Program-made: the position numbers and the translations under genes
The notes under the pieces: model-generated
The model's database searches: none
Told to the model about the DNA's origin: nothing
Seen by the model: only the letters and a program-made list of their open reading frames with translations
Assembly: GCA_051362555.1 (NCBI GenBank)
Contig: CM120640.1
Span: 42,510,788-42,574,787 of the forward strand
Direction of reading: 5' to 3'
Length of the DNA: 64,000 bases
Origin: Lingula anatina
Taxonomy: Eukaryota > Animalia > Brachiopoda
Shown: positions 53,701 through 64,000 of the stretch, in pieces
Position numbering within the stretch: the stretch's first letter is position 1
How the letters are laid out: the number at the start of each line of letters is the position of its first letter

Positions 53701-54034
53701 TTAGTTTGTTTGTTTTTTAGTTGTTGCACATATATACCCATATTGCAGGCAAGTTTTCTGCCAGAACCTTCTCTTCTCTAATTGAATATTTCTTAGCCTT
53801 TCAACTGAAATAGACTCATGTTCTCTCTTGTACTTTTTTCCAGCACACATAATACAGGAGTCTGGGTATTGTGGGGAAAAAGTGGCTAAATATAATACCC
53901 TTGGCAGTCATGTTAAACTGCATTGGGACCATCACAATACTTGAAGGTGTAAGCATTGTCTATAATTATACAATGTGGGAAAATACTTGTTGAAATAATA
54001 ATAGTAAAAGGGAGAAAGTGTAACATGATAACAC

Positions 54035-54115
54035 AAATTGTCAATTCTCCACTTTTGCTGTTATGGGTTTTAACATATTTGGTCTTATTACGCATGTCTG
54101 ATGATGAAAAACGTC
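54035..54115 (+). repeat. Short interspersed repeat fragment, related to 56354-56436
   Basis: tgttatgggttttaacatatttggtct here versus tgttatgggttttagcatatttggtct at ~56377, with similar flanks. Confidence 0.6.
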
Positions 54116-55496
54116 ATTATAAGACAGGATGGACAGCTATATCCAGGGGTTCTACTTGTTTAAATGTGAACAAAACAATATACTTGATTAACTCTGTATT
54201 ATTTGTTGTGCACGATGTGCAAATAGTGTTTTTTTTTTCCTTGATTCACTTTTCATGTATATTTTCTATCAACCCAGCATTGGCTTTCAAATAAAGCACT
54301 GTTGCAGAAATTATATTTACATAATTCTCAAAATTAAATGCATTTATGTGTTGTTCATGAGGAAGTGGTAATAATACTAGCAGATGAACTTCATCTATTC
54401 CAACTTATTCATTAAATAGGTGTGTTGTCTTGAACTTGTATAAAGTCAAAGAGTATGGAATGCAGACAGCAAAATGGGGCAGGGACTAGGTTTTAAAATG
54501 TTGCTTGGTTTTACTTGGTATATGTGAAATGGCAGAAGAGGACAGCAGATGTTAAATATGTAGGATACAGGGATATAAAAATTGCTTGTTTTGTCTCATT
54601 TGTGGGTAGGGACATGGCCCACTTTGCACCTTCCCCCCCCCCCTCCCCACTTTTCCATTAACTTGTAGAATGGTGAATGGTATTTCTATACAAAATGTGA
54701 AAACTGAAAAGTAAATGAGGTGGGGAGGGGGGGAGAGAGAGAGAGAGAGAAACAACCAGAACCTTTTTGCAAGATCTGCTCTCCTCGAAATTAGTCATAC
54801 TTTTGATATAGCAAATCAGAAAGTCTTGCAAGTTGAAAACCTGACCTTGGGAAACTCAAGATCAAAAAAGACTGTCTTATATAACAGTTGTGTGAGCAGG
54901 TTAAGATCAACAGTGGTTATTTAATCAGTTCAAAGGAAGTAAAATAACATAAGGCCAGCCTCTCATGGTCTTGATCATAAACAAAGAAAAAAAACTCCCT
55001 TAAGTAAAGGAAGTGTTTCCTCAGAGTAATTGCTACTGAAAGACGCTTATCAGTATCTTGCTCACCTGAAACCATTCAAAACTAGTGTTGTGGCTTGATT
55101 GCTAAAAGGCGTGTGCAGAAATGCTGATAAGAAAAATGACTGGATTTTGTCAGGATTTGATAACAAGGATACATTCACATTTACTCAAAGACCAGAAGCA
55201 TATACTTGAAAATATCTTGATTACTGAAGAATAACACTTTTTTGTATTATTTTTCCAGCAGCAGATATTTTACGGTATCTTGTTTAATAAAAAATAACCC
55301 TATTCTTTTGTTGTTGTGATTGAAATACATGTTTGGTTTGACTCTGCATAGAAAAAAACTTTTATTTGAATTTTGCAAAACGTCAGAAAATATCACTTTC
55401 TATATCTGGATGTATTCAATCATATATTGTCCCACGTAGTCCCTGAGCTCTTTTTGCATTCATTTAGAGTTTGGCAAATTTTACATGAGTTAATTA

Positions 55497-55630
55497 AGAA
55501 GGCAGCACAGCTCTCAAATGTACAGGCAACAAGAAGGAAAAATAATCCAATCAAGTTGGTTTGCCAATTTGAGCTGTATGTAAATCATTCTTGTAAGTTA
55601 CAAAAAAATAAGTAACACAGTTTTCCTTCT
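55497..55630 (-). mobile_element. 3'-end fragment of the same Helentron/HINE-like family, inverted
   Basis: ggcagcacagctctcaaatgtacaggcaacaagaag...ttgccaatttgagctgtatgtaaatcattct is the diverged reverse complement of ~50636-50735. Confidence 0.7.
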
Positions 55631-56208
55631 AGCGCATTTGTAGTGGCAGTACACAAAAATATTTTTTATCAGTTTCGATGCAATGTTACATTATGCTATA
55701 CAGCTTATAATCACCATTAATTTTTTATTATGTACTGCAGGTAACATAGATATCAAGAAAATGTGACTAGCAAAGGTCTTCAGGCCCATGGAAATTCAAA
55801 GTCACACCTTGCCAAAATGCACACAAGTACTGAAATGTGTTATTTTCATTTTCAGCACATATAACATAATACAAAATGACTAATTTACTTTTTAAATAAT
55901 ATACTAAAAATTGTTTAAGGTGGGAAAAATTTCATTAAACAATTTTAAATGTCCAATTTGTTCTAATCTGAGATTTTGAACATAGTGAGGGATTGAATAT
56001 GACAAACTGCACTGAATCATATAAAAAAAACAGCTTTATATACATCTCAGCAAATAGATGATTAGGATAAGACAATGAAACCACTCTTTTCAGGTTGGGG
56101 CCCAACTGAACAATAAGATTTGTTTTATATGGTGAACTTATCATACTGAGCTTGGTTTTCCTATGTTTGGTTGAACTCTGCAACCAAAAAAAAGCCTTGA
56201 ACAGAAAA

Positions 56209-56221
56209 TATGCATTTCCAT

Positions 56222-56303
<82 letters not shown>

Positions 56304-56310
56304 TTTCCAT

Positions 56311-56350
<40 letters not shown>
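56209..56350. repeat. Compound (TA)n microsatellite with a duplicated 20-bp flank
   Basis: atgcatttccatctacagta followed by (TA)n, twice in tandem. Confidence 0.9.
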
Positions 56351-56352
<2 letters not shown>

Positions 56353-58078
56353 TAACCGTCATTTGTCCGCTCTTGGTGTTATGGGTTTTAGCATATTTGG
56401 TCTCAGGTTATGTGAGTTATACAACAAATGAAAAACACAAGCTACTAATGCAGTTTTAGAGGCAAAAATGATTCACCATTAAATACTGAGCTTAAAGAAT
56501 GATTTGTAAATAATTTATTCTTTGGCAAAATCAATCGACAAATTGCATTTGTTTTATTTTGATTATTGTAGCCCTAAAAGCATTGTGACAATGAAAGGCA
56601 TTAGATTGTTTTGCCAGTCAAGTAGTCATTGTTGAAAATAATATGTCTAGAAGTTATAGTATTATAGTTATTAAGGATTGCCAATTCTGCGCAATTCATA
56701 CATTTTAGAAAATATCAATTTCCTTTGCTTTCACTTGATATTTTGCTTTCAATAACATGACAAATAGAAATTTTTGCATTATGTAAGTGTTATTTTGGCT
56801 ATCCCGATTCAGAAAAAAAAGGATGTGTAAAAAAAGTTTTAATCAGTCATATTATTTATGAATTATGTACTAAAATATTTTCTTTTATTTTGACTGCCAA
56901 CGGCTATTGCTGGAATAATTCCAAAAAAGGCAAAAAGATATTTGATGGCAATATTTGTGCCAAGTCATTGATTAAGCTGGCTTAATATGATGTTTATTGC
57001 AGACAGTTATTACACAGCTCAGTGGGTTGTGAAGTGTCCAACATTGTGTGAGCAGAAACATATGGATTTTTCAGCTGACTAACTGGCAAGAGCTCGATTC
57101 TTTCACCAAATTACACAGAAATGTCACAGTTCGGTATGTCAGGCATTTTATTATATCCCTTACAGTATTACCATGGAGTCTGTACAATTATTACCAGAAT
57201 GCAATAGCAGTTGCCACTGTATCACAGTGACAGTCGTGTTGCTCCTTTTAAAGCATTTAACAGTACTAGCATAATTAACAACATGTTTATAATTACATTA
57301 CTAATAGAGGAGAAGAACACATACCACCTTTATACATTAAATGGGTTCACTCATATGAGAGCATATTATTGTGATTGCTATTGCTTTAAAAATGCTTATT
57401 GACAAACATTCAGTTACCAGCACTTTTTAAGCTTCTTTCAAGTGATATTTCTAAACTTCACAAGTCAATCCACTTATATGCAGGACATTATAGGTGCTTA
57501 AGATAAGAAATCGTGCCTTGCTTTATGTATAAATATTTCTGCACTGCAAATGATGTAGGAGACTATGACAAGCAAATACTCACTTTTATAGTATCTCTAA
57601 TAGTCATTTTTATCTAAAGATACCCCGTTATGCTACACAAAGAAGTCATTTCACATTAAACTGCCCTGTTGTTAAGTAGCATGGCCTTTTAGTGCATCTT
57701 TACCATCATACAAATCTCTCACAATACACAAACTGCATACTTTTTCAGCAAATCCTGTGCTAAAGGTTTTTATATTGGATTTTAAGTACAGTATGTAGCC
57801 AACTTAATACCTTTTTTCATGTGAGAGTAGCTAAAGATGAGTACTTTTAAATAATATAACAATTTCAGATAATTGTGCAAATATGAATTTGAATTCTTCA
57901 TGATCCTAGATAGGTGCTAACTTTTAAATCTGTCACTGTAAGATAGCTGCTAACTTTTTTAAAGATTGGATTAATATATAAGAAAGCATTGAGCCTGTAC
58001 ACTTACTATTTGCAATACCTTTATATAGCAAGGTATATACATATATATAGATGTATGTCTGTGCCTCTGTTTCAAACT

Positions 58079-58081
<3 letters not shown>

Positions 58082-58159
<78 letters not shown>
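58082..58159. repeat. (TA)n microsatellite
   Basis: Directly visible. Confidence 0.95.
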
Positions 58160-58162
<3 letters not shown>

Positions 58163-59053
58163 TTACCTGTACTTTTATCAGTAACTGTTGATTTATTGCA
58201 CCAGGAATACAATGAAATAATTAAGATTAACTGTCCAATTAACTTACGTATGTGTTGGTGCTTGTTGAAATATTAATAGCAGCTATTTGTGAATATTACT
58301 TCAAGAACATGAAAATTTGATAAGTCTGTTGTCCCTGAAAAAGTACAGTCTTATTTCACCACATCAGTGAAGCTTAAGCAATCACCTTGTCTGTCACCTG
58401 TATACCTCAACAATAGCAGGTAACAGAATTTCTCTATTTACACCATGTATGAAAACACATTGAGATGTTTTGATGAAAATATATACATATTCACTTCATT
58501 TTAACCTTGAAGTTTTTTTTCCTGTAGTAACCAGTTTGCCATTCGTACACACCTGTTGTCTGTACAGTGACATTGCACCAAAATCATTAGATGCCATTTT
58601 ATGAGCAGTGATCATTATGGTTTTTCACCTTACTTGTCATATGAGTCCTCAAAAGCACCGATCCACATTGACATCAATTTGCTGTGACTAAGCCATTTAC
58701 TCATATTGTTATCTTCTCATTGTTACTGTCTGTCAGCAAGTTACTGTCTGTGATCAAGATTTGATAATAAAGTTACCAACTATACCTTAACATGTCGATT
58801 GCCTTGTACATGAGGTATTCACATATGATGAGCTTGGTTACAGACAAGCATGACAAGTAAAACATTCTTTAAAATGTTCCTTGAAGCAAATGGTTGAATT
58901 TATGATACAACCAGTTTTGATTCTTGGTAATTGAAATTGTTTGGAATCGGATTCCATTTTTTAGCATATCCACAAATTTATGAACTGGAGATCTCTCTTT
59001 AAGTTTTTATTTACACAAACAGCAGTCAATCATGCCTACAGTTTCCTAGGTAG

Positions 59054-60340
59054 CTACACATAGCTCATGCCAGTGTTGTCTGTGGTGCTATGTCCATTCA
59101 GTGTTGCTCTTACCACCTTCAGCTTCAACCAGCCAGGCTTTCTGCGCTCTGGACACCAGGCAAAGAATATACTGATAAAGGTGTCCCTAAACTGTTTGCT
59201 CATTGTGCAGTAGAGAACAAAATTTATCGAGTTATTTAACAGTGCCACAGTGTCCATGATGTCTCCTAAAGGATTATACACGCTTTGAAAGAAATTCGGA
59301 ATAATGCTGTTTAGAATTGTCATGATGCCTTGCGGTAGCTCTGTGATTAAGAACAGCATCACAACTAAAAGCAACATGGTTGTGGTACGATTGGTTTCTC
59401 GATGGCGTTCTGACTCGTCACGGCGCCCCTCTGACATTAACCTTGCTCTTCTTTGATTGGCCTTGTGTATGATGAGAATGAGCAAGACTGTTAGAATTGT
59501 CAGTACAAGGCATGGGATCAGTTTCACCAGGACTGCTTGCAGCCAGTAGTTTATTTCAGCAATTACATGGTACCTCTCGGCCAGTTCACTGTTGTCCACC
59601 CCATATATGAAAGAAGTCACATTAAGCATGGATGCATGTGGGTGGGTCTTATTACCAGAGGTGACCAGTAACTCCCTGGTGTCACAGAATCTTTTGACCC
59701 CATTCACCAAATAGTTTGGTAAACAAACAATTGCAGGAAGGATATATACCAGGGCCACAGTCGCCTGGGCGCGTTTCATGCTACAGAGACGGGGCCCATC
59801 CGAGGGATAGTGCATATACAGAAAACGGAATATTGCCAACACTATGGTTAACCATATTGCAACAGTGTGACACACTATTGTAAAACTGCTGTGGAATTGG
59901 AGGAACCTGATCCAGTGCATGTTGCGCGTTTTGAGAACATCCAGGATGGGATCTTTGAGGATGTAGAAGTGGACCGAGACTGGCAGATAGGAGAGCATGG
60001 TACCCAGGTCTGCCACTGCCAACCATGTGAGGATGAAATTAATAGAGGATCTCATGTTCTTGTGCTTTAGAGTAATAATGTTTGCAATATTTGCAATGAT
60101 GCCAAATGTGCACACGACAGCACTTACATACCCATGGTACTGTGCATAGCTACGTGCAAAATCATGCAACATGGACTCCTGCTGTTCATAGACAAGTCCT
60201 TTTTCACACAGAGGCTGTGAGTAATTCGCATGGCCAATGACGATGGCATTTTCTGCTGTTTTGTTGTAGTCTTGAACACTGACATAAGTCCAGATATGAG
60301 GCCCTTCTGCCATGGTGACATCTAAAGATGGATGAGACAT
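59054..60340 (-). CDS. Class A peptide GPCR, DMSR-1/myosuppressin/myomodulin-receptor-like (Srw-type), single coding exon, 428 aa from the first ATG
   Basis: Seven hydrophobic segments; HGYVSAVVCTFGIIANIANI, INFILTWLAVADLGTMLSYLP, HTVAIWLTIVLAIFRF, VKLIPC, RTTTMLLLVVMLFLITELPQG and DTVALLNNSINFVLYCTMSKQFRDTF are typical of this family. The ORF track starts at a GTG (60376); the first ATG is at 60340 and an alternative accATGg is at 60313. Candidate 5' UTR acceptor at 60738-60739. Confidence 0.92.
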   Translation of the reverse strand: MSHPSLDVTMAEGPHIWTYVSVQDYNKTAENAIVIGHANYSQPLCEKGLVYEQQESMLHDFARSYAQYHGYVSAVVCTFGIIANIANIITLKHKNMRSSINFILTWLAVADLGTMLSYLPVSVHFYILKDPILDVLKTRNMHWIRFLQFHSSFTIVCHTVAIWLTIVLAIFRFLYMHYPSDGPRLCSMKRAQATVALVYILPAIVCLPNYLVNGVKRFCDTRELLVTSGNKTHPHASMLNVTSFIYGVDNSELAERYHVIAEINYWLQAVLVKLIPCLVLTILTVLLILIIHKANQRRARLMSEGRRDESERHRETNRTTTMLLLVVMLFLITELPQGIMTILNSIIPNFFQSVYNPLGDIMDTVALLNNSINFVLYCTMSKQFRDTFISIFFAWCPERRKPGWLKLKVVRATLNGHSTTDNTGMSYV

Positions 60341-61558
60341 GGTTGAAACTCTAAAATTCTTCTGGCATGCTGGCACTCTGTCTTTTTCTTATATACCTCT
60401 GTTCACTTGTCAGTTATATGTTAAGGTTTCGTATAATGTAATCACAGCATGAAGAAACCTGTTTACTTGGCATATTTTTGATTATCCAATCAGAGTCCAT
60501 AGAAGTCAATGGCTTAGTTGACTGGCGCTCCTCTTGATTGGACTATTGACTCCCAAAGATACCATATGTTTGGTGTTAGGCAACACAAGCCCCAATTAGA
60601 CCGACTTCATTGTCAATATCCTGTGTTTTTAATGCACTTGTTATGATTAAGACCCACTGTTATGGCAAGATTCCCTGGTTTTGCTTGCCTTGTGTCAGAG
60701 CTGAGTGGGAATCCAGCCGTCTGCCTTGTCTGTACACCTGTAACGAGATGACATTTGGTAACAAGAAACAGTCAGATCAATGGAATGTATTTAAGTACAC
60801 AGATTTTCCAACTGCCTTCTTAATTGGAGCTTTCATATGCAGTGTGGCATTCTGTTGATTGGTTGGTCAAGAAAGCTAAACCATACTGAGTAAACATTTT
60901 TGAAGTGATTCTGGTAAATGTAATGTTGACGGTGGTTGCTGCTGATAATTGACCATATGCATCCTTCATGCATATGTGTCCTCTTTGGTTATCCAAATGT
61001 ACATCACAGTTTTGAGTGCTCTACATCTATAAGATTTGAGATTTTGATCTATGAACTGACTTAGGCAACATCATTTTTGAATGCATTTTCAAGCTCACAT
61101 TAGATTAATTTTTCAGACTTTGATTTGAATTATTCAAAATGTCAGAAATAATGAAGTAATTATTGTCAATGCTGTAATGTGCAAAATGCCTGTATGAATT
61201 TAGGCGTTTTTCCTATTGGGAACTATTGCTGGCGTTTTGAATTACACAGAAACTTGTAACTGATGACTTGCAATTATGCTTGCATTACACTTACCATTCA
61301 GATTTCCAGTTATAATCATGCATTAATTGTAAATGTGATCATTATGAAGCATGGAAATCTTATCTTTACCCATGGAAACAAATTTAATCCTTTTCAAGTA
61401 TATTTGTAGAAAAATATTGTTGAAGCAATTTATGTTCAGAAAATGTAACAGTGTAACAGCTCTTTTTTAAGTTTCTTTTTATCTATGTATTTAGCTGACC
61501 ACATATTTCCAACCCCCATAATTGTATATTTTTATACCCTGTTTTTGAATATTGGTTA

Positions 61559-61597
<39 letters not shown>
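61559..61597. repeat. (TTA)n microsatellite
   Basis: Directly visible. Confidence 0.95.
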
Positions 61598-62742
61598 GTC
61601 CTTACTTAAAAATTGTAAAATTTGGTTGAAATTCACACCAGGTGATTGCTCAGAAATAGATATTGATTGTGGAGCATTTTGTTTCATAGCCTGAGAGAAG
61701 ACTTTTCTGTAAAGATTGCCTGTGATAATAGGATTAAGGTTTTCCACCGTTATAAGTCCTCAGCTCATCAAACATTCAGTTTAAATTGTATAATGTAGAT
61801 AATGGGCAAACTAAAGTTTTTCTTTCTGAAGCAGCTGTTATTCTGTATCTAAAATGTCATTTCTGATTTTGCATTAAAATGGTCATTTATATTTTAAAAA
61901 AAGGATATTAGATGGATATAAGGGCATTGTTTAAAAAATTGTTTGCATGGATATTATGATTAATCTTAGCCAATAGGGTTTCTTTGTTTTGATAGGTAAT
62001 ATTGCAAAATACACAAGCACCATTATTCACTAGGTTTGCTGTCCTTTTCATTTCTCTTGAAGAGGTTTGCGGGAAATGAACAGTTATTGATGTTTTTGGG
62101 CTAGCTTTTGAAGGTATACTAGACAGGCCTAAATATGATTCATCCATTAAAGGTTGTGATATTTCTGTTGTAAAACATAATACTTCCGTTGTGGAATAAG
62201 ATATTTCTATTGACGTCTCTTGTATAATTGTTACCCACAATTTGCCTTCCTTTAAGTTTTGACATTAGGACACCCTCATTGCAGTGGCTAAGAAGCAAAT
62301 GTTAAATAGCATATAATATGGCAGTATTATGGCATATTCCATGGAAACTTGACGTCATTAGGTTTTCCTTTCTTTACAATGAGTGCATAACCCAAACATT
62401 AGCTTTGTTAATAAGACAATATCTTACATAATTTAGTGTTTACTCCAGAGATTGTTGTATTATTAACCTTTTCAATGGGATTAAGACCTCCCTATATCAT
62501 TGAGTGTGTTTCATTTGACATTTTGCACTGGCAAGTACGGATTTTTTCCCTGATGACATAATGATAGATTAAGGGAGGAAATACCTTTCTTTTGCCAAAA
62601 ATATATTGATTTTTTTCGCACTACTTTGTCTATAGATATAATTATCTACCATCTGAGATAAAGAAATAAATGCTTTCTTAGTGAAAATGAGATTTTTCTT
62701 AATTTTTCTAAATAAATAGGAATATAAAGTTTTTTTCTCTCT

Positions 62743-62778
<36 letters not shown>

Positions 62779-64000
62779 TAAGCAGATAAATTCACTTGAT
62801 ATTTTACATATTTCATCGTGACTGACACAAAAGAAGCTTAGTTGCAATTTGTCAGTTCTAGCTATGCTGATTAGAGTTAAACCCTTTTCTAATGTGGGAA
62901 GGAATTGGAGCTGGTTTTAAACATAATTTGTGGACCAATTATGATTGGATATTGATATTTTTCATGATGATTATTTATGAATATTAGAAGAGCAGAATGG
63001 TATTTTAGTTTTTTTGTTAGCACTTTTATTTAAAAATAATGACCCTCAGTAGTCAGAAACCCACCAAAAAAGCCCAATTTCATGTTTTGCTGCACAGTGC
63101 CATAAGAATTTTATTGATAGCTGCTATGGCAACTTACAAGCCTTGATATCAAAAATGACATTTTACTTTTAAAATGCTGTCATTATGTTATCTTTGAGAT
63201 TGCGGGACAGTATTTTAGAAATAAAATCTATAAATAATATATGATCATATCTTTTTGAATCATTTGCACTGCACATGGTAACGGTAGTTTTGTGACTGCC
63301 TGTGAAATGACTTATACCCCCCCCCTTTAATTCAGTAGTATAATTCATAAAAGCTAGTGTCTCTTTACGTGGATCGAAGTACACTTAGTTATCTTCTAGT
63401 CAATTTAGTGCCTTTTAGTTAATATGTATCTGAATGTATTTAAGATAATGTAATTTTCAAGATTATATTCCAGATTAACGTTCATTCTCCATGTCAAGCA
63501 AATTAATTTATCGTAATACATTGATGCCAGGAACTCATATTAAGCTAGGACCCATCATGCTAGTTTGATAGGTCCTTGTATTGGGTAGGCAAAAAAAAGG
63601 GGATTCCTCTGAGTTTCTATCCTGATATCTGTGACAGACCTAATGATACCGGTGGTGTTACTGAGATCGACAGCAATTAGTTGCCAGTTGGGTTATGAGG
63701 GATAACCATGTATTTGAAATCAATCAACAGAGAATCTGTAGGTCTTCTTTCTCATGAGAGCTGCCGTGTTAAGAACACAGTCACTACTAGCTTGTGAAGA
63801 GGACATTGGCATTTTTATTAAGACAGAGTTTTGAGATTAAAGGTTTGCCTGTATCGCAAATTTGATCTTCAGAATAAATTTTATCTTAGTATGTGTAGAA
63901 CAGAATGGTAACTGTTTCAGAGTTTTTTCAACTGCTTTTCATGACAAAAAATTGTGAGGACTTTTGCCATGAGCTTTTGGCCATGCATTGTGCCTTGCTC

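Noticed and set aside
56152-58276. ORFs containing YIYIYI runs (also 34277-34486)
   Set aside because: Translations of (TA)n microsatellites.
60341-60376. GTG-initiated 12-aa extension of the GPCR
   Set aside because: Eukaryotic gene; the first ATG, in a reasonable Kozak context, is at 60340.

Overview
AT-rich, CpG-depleted, intron-rich eukaryotic DNA from an invertebrate (probably a lophotrochozoan such as a mollusc; this is inference). I could assemble four protein-coding genes by hand using GT-AG junctions with matching phases. (1) A FAM53-family gene on +, five coding exons, 12957-27896. (2) A complete 198-aa YKT6 R-SNARE on -, six coding exons, 37269-34041. (3) An alpha/epsilon-sarcoglycan on +, six exons, 38776-44075, head-to-head with YKT6 across a CpG-rich promoter; its transmembrane exon was not found in the window. 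(4) A single-coding-exon DMSR-1/myosuppressin-receptor-like peptide GPCR on -, 60340-59054, possibly nested in a large sarcoglycan intron. The clearest mobile element is a 1.67-kb non-coding foldback DNA transposon with ~0.55-0.6 kb inverted arms, 42-bp subterminal repeats, TAT...ATA ends and a perfect 6-bp TSD (IS3EU-like), inside a sarcoglycan intron. There are also three pieces of a Helentron/HINE-like family carrying a ~160-bp tandem unit, a decayed L2/CR1-group LINE, small MITEs and microsatellites. Most short ORFs in the supplied track are noise. I see no convincing wholly new multi-gene system; the best leads are the foldback element, the unfinished sarcoglycan with its possibly nested GPCR, and the YKT6 CCVIL prenylation motif.
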